Shown in pieces: positions 9,601 to 16,472 of a DNA stretch of 20,000 nt. The stretch comes from Bdellovibrionales bacterium RIFOXYD12_FULL_39_22 (lineage in GTDB: Bacteria; Bdellovibrionota; Bacteriovoracia; Bacteriovoracales; Bacteriovoracaceae). A model generated the notes under the pieces. The model was not told where the DNA came from and searched no databases. It saw only the letters and a list, made by a program, of their open reading frames with translations. The stretch is from the NCBI GenBank assembly GCA_001770205.1, contig MEQL01000055.1, positions 56,551-76,550 on the forward strand, given 5' to 3'. The first letter of the stretch is position 1; every line of letters begins with the position of its first letter. The translations under genes were made by a program, and so were the position numbers.

Positions 9601-12600
9601 TAGCTAATAGAATTGGCGCTCTATAAGTTCCGCTCGCGGCGGTGAATGAGGCCCCGGCCACTGTACCAACAGTTGATAAAGTCCAAGTACCACGCGAGTA
9701 AGTACTCATGTTGATACTAGCACTGCCACTAGTAAACGTTATACTTTGAATATCCGCTTTTGCGATATCATTTGTATCTGTGGTATTAAAAGATAAAACT
9801 CCAGAGGCGGTAGTGGCCGTCACTGGATTAAAATATCTATCCACCACTTTAAATTTTACCGGTAAGCTGCTGCAGGCCGAACCATCTGGAACAACTCCTA
9901 AAACATTGGCCACCGATTCATTTCTATCTCCAAAAGTGGCCGCCTGTGAAGACATTATCGCAATAACTCGCGCAGCAGTTCCCGCTGCAATCGAATAAAT
10001 AGTCGCGGTTCCACTTCCCCAACTTGGAGTGGCCGGAACATTAACCACAATAGTCCCACTAGGCACTGTTGAAGCACGAAAGTCATAAGCAACAAATGCG
10101 CCCGTACCATTTGTTAGGGTAGCGGTAGTAGAGACAAAAGAGAAAGAGTTGGCCGCTCGTCCAGGCATACTAATTGAGGCGGTAGCAACGGTTGGTAATA
10201 CGTTATGATAAGCGTCGGTAACGTGGGCAAAAACAGTAAATGATGATCCGGCCACTTTTGTCCCACCAAATGGAATATCGGGGAAGGCATCATTGTGAGC
10301 AGTAAAACCACTATGTAAAGTCTGTCCAGATAACCCCACCGCTAACATAGTAGTACTAGGATTTGTCTTCACTTCATATTGAGTACTCGGTAAACAGATT
10401 ACCGGGCCCGTACCATTAGGTTCATCACAAATTGGGTGATAAATTCTAATGGCATATTTCACCCCTGTAGCACTAGCAGTTCTAGCATTTAAAGAAGCAA
10501 AAGTTAGCGTGGCCCCACTGCCATCATTATCCGAGGTAGTCGAACGCGTAGTGGCCAGCTCAATAGCATTAGCAGCAGCGTCATCCATATCGAATCTAAA
10601 GTTGGCCGTCTCAATTGGATCATCGGTTACTCCCGTTCCCACGATGCTAAGGCCGTCATCTAAAAAGTATACTCGTGCACCAATGGTGCTTCCGGCGGTA
10701 TAGGTACCGGTGCTATTTGGTACTCCGGTGATAACGGAATCAATGTCTGCCGCAGGAAAATGAGTGGTCTGGCCATCTAAGGCGATAACCGCATATTTAA
10801 TGGATGCCGCAGAATTAACCGTAATTGGCCCAGTAGCGGCCGTCATCGTAGAAGTGGTGGCCATAAATGTTAGACTGCTTCCGGGAACAGAATATCTCGT
10901 TCCAGCAAAAGAGGCCGATCCAGAGCTGAAACTAGCGGTAGGCAGAGGGCCTCCAGCAAAGTTGGCCTCTGGTTTTCCTTGCATGCTACCCGTGGCCAGT
11001 GTCGTGCTATCCGTCCAAACAATATTATTCAAATTGTCATAAATATTTAAAATCGGCCCATTCCAAGCTGTGACGGTGTCGTATGGCCCAGTAGGACTAG
11101 GCGTAGAGGCAAATTGCAAATGGTCCGCCACCCTTGGAAAAATTTTAACATCAGCACTTCCAAAGGCCGTCGACGCAATAGTTGTAGTTAGCGCAGCATC
11201 GGTGGAGAGAGTTTTAATTTTTAAATTTCCAAAACCAACACTCGGTGCTTTCGATTCATTCATCTTAATGGTGACACGGCCAGTTCCGGCGCTAAGTGTT
11301 CCAACAAAGCGTGTGGCCGACGTAATTGTTGTTGAAGTAAAAAAACTGGAAGAAACAAACGTAGCATTATTGGCCGTTGTCAAATTTGGTTCTGGATCTA
11401 GTGTAATAGTCACTGTTCCAGAGGCCCCGGTTGCTGTAGATATAATGTTGTGTCCCAAATCGTGCACCGCCACATCACAATCAAAATTAACTCCGGCCGT
11501 TCCTGTCGAACCAGTGGCCGACAAACAAGCAATATCTATATGATTTGGAGTGCTTGGAACCAGTGTAATTCTTTTACTTACCGTCGCCAGCGCAGCTGAC
11601 GTCCCCATTACCGTTGCAGAAATTATCGCTTTCTGATCTGGCCTTATAGTAGAAACTTTAAATTGATTAGCTTCTGCGGTGGGCCCCACGACTGCTCCTG
11701 CCGCAAAAGTATAAACACCATTTGCTGGTGCATGATTTTCCGGCCCAGTAAATGCTAGATAGGAAGAATCGGTTAAATTGAAGGTGACATTTTTAGGGCC
11801 ATTGTCAGCATCATTTAGTGTCGTTCCCCCGGCATTTTCACTTAAAAGATTATTATCATAGTCGTATATTTTTAAAATATTCAAACCAATGTTACTACCT
11901 GCGACGTATGTTGCATCAGCAGTAATATCTAAAGCAGCATGATCTATCACCCCAGGAAGTATGGAGATATTTATACTGGCCGACTTAGAAGTCATCCCGT
12001 AACTCCAGGTTCCTAGAAGTGTTGAATCCGATAAAGTTCCCAGTCCTGATGTAATAAAGTTAACTTCAATACATCCTTTCTCATAACTGCTATTGGAGGC
12101 CCGGTTGTTTTTAAAAATGGACCAAACACTAGTTTGATCAAATGAAACAGAACCATTGTCTAGTGTTATATCGCTGTAATTACCAAAAGCATCGATGGGA
12201 GCAACACAAAATGGTTCTTCATTATCATCAGCGGTAAAAGTATAACTACCGCCAGAGACATAGGTGAATGAAGGTGCCACATCTTGTTCGTTTCTTAAAT
12301 TGGCAGAGGCCAAAGGGCCGGCGGCCATCGTAAATGTGATGACCTCAGAATAAGCTTCTTTGACACTGCCATTTAACCAATTAGCAGATCCGGAGGCGGC
12401 CAATTTCAACTCCTCTTGGGCCCGCGGAAAAACGACTGGGATTTTATAAACGTCTCTGGTCTCTGCGCCAATGGTGTGAGGAACTGGTGAGAGTCCTGAG
12501 GCGGTGGCAAAAGCGGTGGGAGTGCAAGGTAAATTATCGTAATCTTCATCGCTATCCCCATCAACCGGAAATGGTGATCCAGCACAAGCAGTGGCCCCTG

Positions 12601-15559
12601 TTACTATGCTTCCATCAACATCCACTCCATTTACTCTAACATTTGAGGCGGCGTTAGGAGCTGGACTGGCCGACGTATCCACCAAGTAAAGTCTGGCCGT
12701 CCAAGGATCTCCTTTGGCATCAATCCAGTTATCAAGTTTATCAAAGGCCCGAACAATCAAAGTTGCCGTCGCTGTTGAAACCAACGAGTCCATCGCTATT
12801 TCGTATTTATAGGCCTTATCTGAAACAATTTTGATCACATTATAAGACGATAGAGACTTAGCGTACGTCCCCCCCTCATCGTATTCAAATGTATAGTTGC
12901 CAACCGTAGAAAGGCCGATGGCGCCAAAAGATACTGAACCAGGAATTACTGCCACATTTCCAGCGGGGAAAGTTACTAGCCCGGCCGTTTTTAAGGAGCC
13001 AAGCCCACTGCCTGTAACCAGTGAAGTGGTAAAATCAATGGGATCATAGTCGCCGCCAGCGGCATAATTTGCATCAACCACATTCCCCCACTTATCTTCA
13101 AAAAAAGCTGCGTAGGTATACGCTTCATTACTGGCAGTGTAGCTAGTACAAAAATTAAGTGTATTATCCGCAAGAGCATCACACTTATAGTTTGGATCTG
13201 GATTGGAGCTTAGAACACCACTACATCCATCTCGTGTAAAATTTTGAACAGTTCCGGCCAAAGAGCGACGCCAAAAACCATTTTTACACACTGGCATCCA
13301 TGTTCCACCTTGATTGCTTCTTAAATTTATATATTCTGCCTCACCACGCCAGACGGTAATTCGAGGTGCTCCACTGGCCACAGCGTCTGTAGTGATCGCT
13401 CCACTTTTTCCGGAAGGAATTAGTCCGCCCATAAAAGAACTTTCATTACTAACGATACTTATATAGGGCCGGTAATGAATGTCTTTAAAGGCCATGCGAA
13501 GGCCCGCATTTTCTGCACCATAAGAGGTTCCGTAAATAAAGCGCAAAGGAATAAGCGTTCCTCCGGCCGCAGTTACCAGCTGCCCTGCGCTATTAGGCCA
13601 AGCAGGCAATGTTGTGGCGGCCGTTGCACAAAGATTGGGATCGCCATAATTGTAGGCCAGGGGACTAGAGTAAGAATAATCAGAACAAACATAGTAACCC
13701 ATTACGACACTATTGGCCTGCACAATGGGAAAGGCCGCAAATGTACCAAACGTTCCTGCATTTTCAGTGTAAGCAGAGATAGATAATCCACCGCTACTAT
13801 TTGGAACAACTGGGGAGACAAAATCGGTGGCAGTTTGCGAAGTTGTCATATTGTAGTAGTTGACATCCACACTAACATCAACAGTATCATCAATCACATC
13901 TTCGCAAACATTCCCGTAGCGATCGGCCAGTATAACCCTAATTGGAGAAATTACCCCCGCACGAACTGTATTTTCGTGGCCAGCAATATCCCCGGCCGAA
14001 GTAATAAACTTATATGGCAAATTGTTTTGTACAATAACACTCGCCCCGTAGGTGAAAGCATCATCTTGAACAAAAAGAAAACCATCGCCTTTGGTTTTAG
14101 GAGTAAAAAACAGTTGCTCATTGGTATCGCCCTGCACTGCTGCATTAACTAGCACCTCATCATGAAAAAGATTAGTTGCCGAAGCATTAGTAAAAACATC
14201 AGCGGTAAACGTCCAACTCTCCACGGTGGAACTATCTCTTACGTAATTTCCTCCCGCATCAACGAGTGCCGCAGATAAGGTGGTGGCCGCATTACTGGCC
14301 AAAAAATGATATCCTTCATACACCGGTTCGGTTCCAACATTAGTACGTACCTGTTCCTCCGAACCGTCAGGCAAGGTCATCGTCGTGAAAGTATAGCTGG
14401 GCCCTCCCTCTCCATTTTGAATCACCACACCACTGACATTTCCCCTTTGGACAAAAAGATCAGCGGCCCCCGATTTTAATCCGGTGGCCGGTGCACTGGC
14501 CACCACTCTTATTTTTCCAAAACCGTTGGCAGTAAAGGGAGTTGCCGTCGCAATAGTGGTTCCCCCAACCCAACAAACTCCATTAATGAACTGGCACAAC
14601 TGTGAATAACCCGCCCCCGGCAAAGAAGAAGTCTTTCCAGTCCAACTGATCCCTGCATCATTTTGCCAATCCACCACCACAGTAGCATCTGGAAAAGTAG
14701 AAACCGGTGCGCCCTTGTAGTCAGTAACAACTATTTTAAAACGAAGTGCCTCTCCGGCAGTGATAAAATTTCTCTTAAATCTTTTAGAGTACAGCGCCGG
14801 ACACTGCTCTGAACACAAATTAAGATCCGCAGCACAGGATTCATCGCTTTCGCATACCGGATTTATCACGTACTCATCATCATCAATTGGTAATAGCGAG
14901 CCAGAAACGGAATCAGGAATCTTTCCATACCACTCGTGGCCGGTGACAGATTGATCAGTCGAAACATCGAAAAACTTATCTGTCTCCAAACTAAAGGCAA
15001 ACGGTTCACCTTCACTGACGTCCATAGAAGACGTTATCTGCATCACAAATTTTACCGATTGAGAAAAAGAGGGAATAGATGCGACAACATAAAATTTCTG
15101 ATCCGGGAAAAGAGTAGCTCCGGCCATAACCAATGCAGAAGCACGTCCATATTTATCAGTATGGGTCTCTTCTGGTAGAATCCGAACATCTGCCACACTA
15201 CGATTGATATTAAAGGAGTCAGGATAAGGCTCCGCACGAAACGACACCTGCACTCCCTCCATGGGAACTTTGCCACCCGCGCTGTCACTGTAAAAAGAGA
15301 CCTCTAAGGGTTTAGCAAACAAGCTACCAAGACTGGCATATTGCATAGGATCATCGCCACTGACTTTCAACAACAGCGTTCCCATGGTTCCATCGCCTGG
15401 AACTTTTTTCGAAGAACAAGAATTGGTGATTATAATTGCTGTTGCAAATAAAACAGAAATGAAAAAGAGGCGAAGACTCTTTGCCCAAAAAAATGTCACG
15501 AATTTATTCAACTCGCCAAATTTCATTTTTCTCTCATTCCCATCGCCAAACTTCACCAC
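3662..15559 (-). CDS. Giant (3965 aa) surface lipoprotein / putative adhesin with tandem Ig-like domains and a distinct C-terminal beta-rich domain
   Basis: 11.9-kb uninterrupted ORF. Hydrophobic N-terminus ending in IIITNS-C (Cys48), a lipobox-like site. First domain is Big_1-like (VSGDDPMQ...PLEV...P.EGVQVSF...TDKYGRASA). The motif AG..F.V.V.A.D.Y.N recurs many times. Rich in Thr/Ser/Ala/Gly. The true start could be GTG 15559, GTG 15556 or ATG 15526. Confidence 0.92.
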   Translation of the reverse strand: MVKFGDGNERKMKFGELNKFVTFFWAKSLRLFFISVLFATAIIITNSCSSKKVPGDGTMGTLLLKVSGDDPMQYASLGSLFAKPLEVSFYSDSAGGKVPMEGVQVSFRAEPYPDSFNINRSVADVRILPEETHTDKYGRASALVMAGATLFPDQKFYVVASIPSFSQSVKFVMQITSSMDVSEGEPFAFSLETDKFFDVSTDQSVTGHEWYGKIPDSVSGSLLPIDDDEYVINPVCESDESCAADLNLCSEQCPALYSKRFKRNFITAGEALRFKIVVTDYKGAPVSTFPDATVVVDWQNDAGISWTGKTSSLPGAGYSQLCQFINGVCWVGGTTIATATPFTANGFGKIRVVASAPATGLKSGAADLFVQRGNVSGVVIQNGEGGPSYTFTTMTLPDGSEEQVRTNVGTEPVYEGYHFLASNAATTLSAALVDAGGNYVRDSSTVESWTFTADVFTNASATNLFHDEVLVNAAVQGDTNEQLFFTPKTKGDGFLFVQDDAFTYGASVIVQNNLPYKFITSAGDIAGHENTVRAGVISPIRVILADRYGNVCEDVIDDTVDVSVDVNYYNMTTSQTATDFVSPVVPNSSGGLSISAYTENAGTFGTFAAFPIVQANSVVMGYYVCSDYSYSSPLAYNYGDPNLCATAATTLPAWPNSAGQLVTAAGGTLIPLRFIYGTSYGAENAGLRMAFKDIHYRPYISIVSNESSFMGGLIPSGKSGAITTDAVASGAPRITVWRGEAEYINLRSNQGGTWMPVCKNGFWRRSLAGTVQNFTRDGCSGVLSSNPDPNYKCDALADNTLNFCTSYTASNEAYTYAAFFEDKWGNVVDANYAAGGDYDPIDFTTSLVTGSGLGSLKTAGLVTFPAGNVAVIPGSVSFGAIGLSTVGNYTFEYDEGGTYAKSLSSYNVIKIVSDKAYKYEIAMDSLVSTATATLIVRAFDKLDNWIDAKGDPWTARLYLVDTSASPAPNAASNVRVNGVDVDGSIVTGATACAGSPFPVDGDSDEDYDNLPCTPTAFATASGLSPVPHTIGAETRDVYKIPVVFPRAQEELKLAASGSANWLNGSVKEAYSEVITFTMAAGPLASANLRNEQDVAPSFTYVSGGSYTFTADDNEEPFCVAPIDAFGNYSDITLDNGSVSFDQTSVWSIFKNNRASNSSYEKGCIEVNFITSGLGTLSDSTLLGTWSYGMTSKSASINISILPGVIDHAALDITADATYVAGSNIGLNILKIYDYDNNLLSENAGGTTLNDADNGPKNVTFNLTDSSYLAFTGPENHAPANGVYTFAAGAVVGPTAEANQFKVSTIRPDQKAIISATVMGTSAALATVSKRITLVPSTPNHIDIACLSATGSTGTAGVNFDCDVAVHDLGHNIISTATGASGTVTITLDPEPNLTTANNATFVSSSFFTSTTITSATRFVGTLSAGTGRVTIKMNESKAPSVGFGNLKIKTLSTDAALTTTIASTAFGSADVKIFPRVADHLQFASTPSPTGPYDTVTAWNGPILNIYDNLNNIVWTDSTTLATGSMQGKPEANFAGGPLPTASFSSGSASFAGTRYSVPGSSLTFMATTSTMTAATGPITVNSAASIKYAVIALDGQTTHFPAADIDSVITGVPNSTGTYTAGSTIGARVYFLDDGLSIVGTGVTDDPIETANFRFDMDDAAANAIELATTRSTTSDNDGSGATLTFASLNARTASATGVKYAIRIYHPICDEPNGTGPVICLPSTQYEVKTNPSTTMLAVGLSGQTLHSGFTAHNDAFPDIPFGGTKVAGSSFTVFAHVTDAYHNVLPTVATASISMPGRAANSFSFVSTTATLTNGTGAFVAYDFRASTVPSGTIVVNVPATPSWGSGTATIYSIAAGTAARVIAIMSSQAATFGDRNESVANVLGVVPDGSACSSLPVKFKVVDRYFNPVTATTASGVLSFNTTDTNDIAKADIQSITFTSGSASINMSTYSRGTWTLSTVGTVAGASFTAASGTYRAPILLASASKAIVELPGQTHTDGSWPLATATTQTAGVNFNVKVIATDNCYNRITTTTSSATVTTLNTSSNATYNLGAMSSGTVGGAIALHKAMSSQYVTPVVTGLTSVPSSMFTVASNTAVKNIVLTLPGQTLITGVATTAEALANSPQDQRAGTAFTVKAFLVDNYFNIETTGTDAVGVSLGAANMAGVVNGIFSDTNALLGGQFTFNSAAAGSLSFNVTNRLSTSVSGSSLRFVPQGGSAGITTHFTSSAYEVDPGNAAYSILYFPSAETHREGYTTWSGGARLINSAYTMTAGSAVNFMAKLVDANFNTVTSDNRGFTLNTSSQTTSDILSFSSGTYLGSYTEYKRTHTGALHYLSITNSGVGTNYQSSSFVARTNPSATKLLALLPGQSLKEGKLSSASAVSGAPSTQTVGSIFDVRVVAVDQYFNHINTTSAITGVTFSFIGDTYATAPTATNIWGSCTLDTGYTSDAGGCITLGSAFNKHAGLGKALVPVNTAGIVSFTSSSYVVNEGSGKRIVYGFSDQTLVEGISTLTFLPSMATATKNAGVDFGVRLYAVDDYHNITTDSSTSVWSIKNSVDSLTAPVGSYTFSSGVINFAARDSAVGDSKTFTFTNSGSYTHTALANRVEYDVTTGSSNISFLVAVANQISTYNYGVDTAAEALGSIAVGTQTAGSSFAVLIRAVDSNFNTISNFSPPTSLAFQFINTTPSPNGDIARVHGVMSSPTFTNGTYLFTAALGSFVLYNSSNTNVKLKVVSEGPDIIGYSPYPIPVTANSSAAVLKIVDAPNGSEIDTLAYPTNATSADPTFWAAKYDSFGNFIGNDTTADWTFTRTDGTLITTPFSAIPMASVTNASSVVLNLIQSGEMVVTATSQAVGSPPADSSGIISISAGNADHFDLALSTAGDITSASAFNIIITAMTSSDTTAVSYTGVRSIVFSPSSNADGSSECSGINLISNVTGTKAITFAGGSGTFTSGTLYRPDTYTISAVDRDNVLIGGTTTAHVVPGPVACTKIFTGSNGEGSLLNGTTVNLKIGQSTTMYAASYDAGGNFLGNNDSVSWVTAAGASIAAFTASGGTLEVSTTATGSIFNAITASSGTVGLKVSPGDLKYFMPLFPGESYSAGGVASRAAAISGVAAFTTGADTTVRFIAVDSRFYKTALAAGPRQFKLTWANFANSHTDPVLQNPVTTNVSGSFVLASGTTYLDKTFTFYTADGSSPILTTQVCGTDGLGSCVSALQAPLATTVDHSWIAPNTLSKIKVVLASDGSYGGDNLPTSGPSTTVWDKASTATSASFVAYGYDAYGNFISKMANAVWSTVDSTAIVIGPATATTGTFNLTASTAGRTHIVATHSGVAGTSPLLYLKKDGIAYYNIDVDTTPAVTAGVDTWVMVTAKDESGVTVATAPSTTLTFTIPSANTAGCGTLSSLETYGSVTAVPFSSGVYSFQAKFKVANSNRVMSTISPVVGDSATFTVSADSENNACYRVSSSASAAQNLGAAISLNLNVSGTYYVAAFDDYNNYYLPTESSSATEWMLEKGGGNYVRPENYNEVDLGTIITGFETGTFTLRIGTDASGTANVVVATGTTATGTFDYDDIDSAAISKAIFWDIPTTEAWATDDNLSWYDEYNSTVDPNENYRSARHDFPNKAMVLAYALNYVEIVDATANKKFMRINANTDAMPSGWGSINHMAAIAGKLFIGREGGLTVFDFANDQIHLVTSAYSSSSDNSFVDGKIAARNEAMDSWAAGSFGIIPGGSSEINYLATTRSNGTDYVAYAAGGAVVVINLETMAQASRIGLGVISTVVMATNGAVYFTTDVDNNLIKDSLTLNSVVASTYTGVNNTDVSVVDLKVADGLSSVGGALGQNIVYVAVEEKIIAVHESGTNPDDLTLATVALVLECRNNKNIKGFDLSKNSNAAAGLATTSDNYFCLYTNAQTISPSMGSSTSLGFTNNDVFIYRTDPSNAAMFDYGLGGIVDGQGKLILRRK
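7300..10800 (-). repeat. About nine tandem, divergent Ig-like protein repeats of about 115-150 aa ('LPGQT...AG..F.V...VD.Y.N' type)
   Basis: Unit-start motifs at about 10770 (ALDGQT), 10325 (GLSGQT), 9945 (IMSSQA), 9570 (ELPGQT), 9230 (TLPGQT), 8810 (FPSAET), 8450 (LLPGQS), 8045 (GFSDQT) and 7675 (VANQI). Each is followed by a core such as AGSSFTVFAHVTDAYHN, AGVNFNVKVIATDNCYN, AGTAFTVKAFLVDNYFN, VGSIFDVRVVAVDQYFN or AGVDFGVRLYAVDDYHN. The repeats are visible at protein level only. Boundaries are approximate. Confidence 0.8.
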
Positions 15560-15585
15560 ACTCCAAATCGTTACTATTTTAGACT

Positions 15586-15613
15586 GTTTCGGTTTATCGC
15601 TTCGCGATGTTTA
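15586..15613 (-). promoter_or_regulatory. Candidate sigma-28 (FliA)-type promoter upstream of the giant lipoprotein gene
   Basis: Minus strand reads TAAA-N16-ACCGAAAC, compared with the sigma-28 consensus TAAA-N15/16-GCCGATAA. It ends about 27 nt before the GTG at 15559. Confidence 0.4.
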
Positions 15614-15752
15614 GTTATTATTATAACCACTCCTGCCAATATCTATATCTGGCCATTAAGCTGTTAAATTTTGCCTACCGACTTATTATAGTCCTTCAAT
15701 CGTAGCGGTCAGAAATGAAACCTATTTTCAATGAGTTGCCGGCCAGACAAAA

Positions 15753-15771
15753 GTTGACAATTATCATTAAC
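15753..15771. promoter_or_regulatory. Fur-box-like imperfect palindrome
   Basis: Minus strand GTTAATGATAATTGTCAAC matches the classical Fur box GATAATGATAATCATTATC at 14 of 19 positions. It lies in the intergenic region between the barrel gene and the giant gene. Confidence 0.3.
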
Positions 15772-15830
15772 TGCCCACCACAGTTGGCAGTGGCAAGTAC
15801 AAAAAAAGTGTAGCAATTAATTTATTGAAA

Positions 15831-16472
15831 TTACTTGTAGTTTAAAGTTATGCCAACAAGTGCTGTCATTGTGCTTCCACTGACGGCATAAACGGTAAAA
15901 CCAAAAGCGTAAGAGTAGCCAATGCGCGCCTCTACCCCCCAATTTTTATTAATTGGATATATTGCGCCGCCATGCGCTCCAGCATCAAATGCCACAGAAT
16001 GTAAGACGACACCGGAATCGTATTCACGCAAATTAACATCGACAACACCAAAATCCCAACCGACAAAAAAGCGATAGCGCGGACGAGAGGAGACAACGTT
16101 TTGACTATCGCTTTCTTCAATGGCCATTCCCGAAGAGCCTAGATAATAACGATTTCCAAAAAAACCTCCCAGATAAGCAACCATCCCTGACGTTGTATTC
16201 ATGGCCACCACACCTTTAAAAAAAACGGCACTATTGGAGTTAAAAAAAGACTCATACTCCGCTTGGACCGTGTTTGTGCCAGTATGATTGTAAGTGTTAT
16301 TTGCTCCGGTATAAGTGCCCGAAGAGGTTCCCAGACTAGCATGAATTTGGGAGTATCCATAGGCCATTTTACTGCCTCCTTCCAGCACCACTAGCAACAC
16401 AAAAATCAAACAATAAATCCCCAAACGTACAACAATAGCTCTAGCACAATATTTTTTTAAATTAAGCAGCAT
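15831..16472 (-). CDS. Small outer-membrane beta-barrel protein (OmpA/OmpW/PorT-size, about 8 strands)
   Basis: N-terminal hydrophobic signal-like segment (possible cleavage at AYG|YSQ). Amphipathic Gly/aromatic strands: VQAEYESFF, YLGGFFGNRYYL, RYRFFVGWDFG, FDAGAHGGAIYPINKNWGVEARIGYSYAFG. Ends in a beta-signal-like strand (LVGITLNYK). The start overlaps the upstream stop by 11 nt. Confidence 0.8.
   Translation of the reverse strand: MLLNLKKYCARAIVVRLGIYCLIFVLLVVLEGGSKMAYGYSQIHASLGTSSGTYTGANNTYNHTGTNTVQAEYESFFNSNSAVFFKGVVAMNTTSGMVAYLGGFFGNRYYLGSSGMAIEESDSQNVVSSRPRYRFFVGWDFGVVDVNLREYDSGVVLHSVAFDAGAHGGAIYPINKNWGVEARIGYSYAFGFTVYAVSGSTMTALVGITLNYK

Noticed and set aside
3662..15559. Autotransporter, RTX/T1SS or invasin/intimin assignment for the giant protein
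   Set aside because: There is no N- or C-terminal beta-barrel pattern and no GGxGxD repeats, and the N-terminus is a lipoprotein-type signal.
4834..15614. About 25 short ORFs overlapping the 3965-aa gene
   Set aside because: These are shadow ORFs typical of a Thr/Ser/Ala/Gly-rich coding strand, with no motifs or independent signals.
15754..15759. Perfect TTGACA on the plus strand
   Set aside because: No -10 element at 16-18 nt spacing and no plus-strand gene downstream.
15770..15791. Hairpin ACTGCC-N10-GGCAGT downstream of the barrel gene as an intrinsic terminator
   Set aside because: Only a 6-bp stem with a large loop and no real U-tract on the minus strand; too weak to call.
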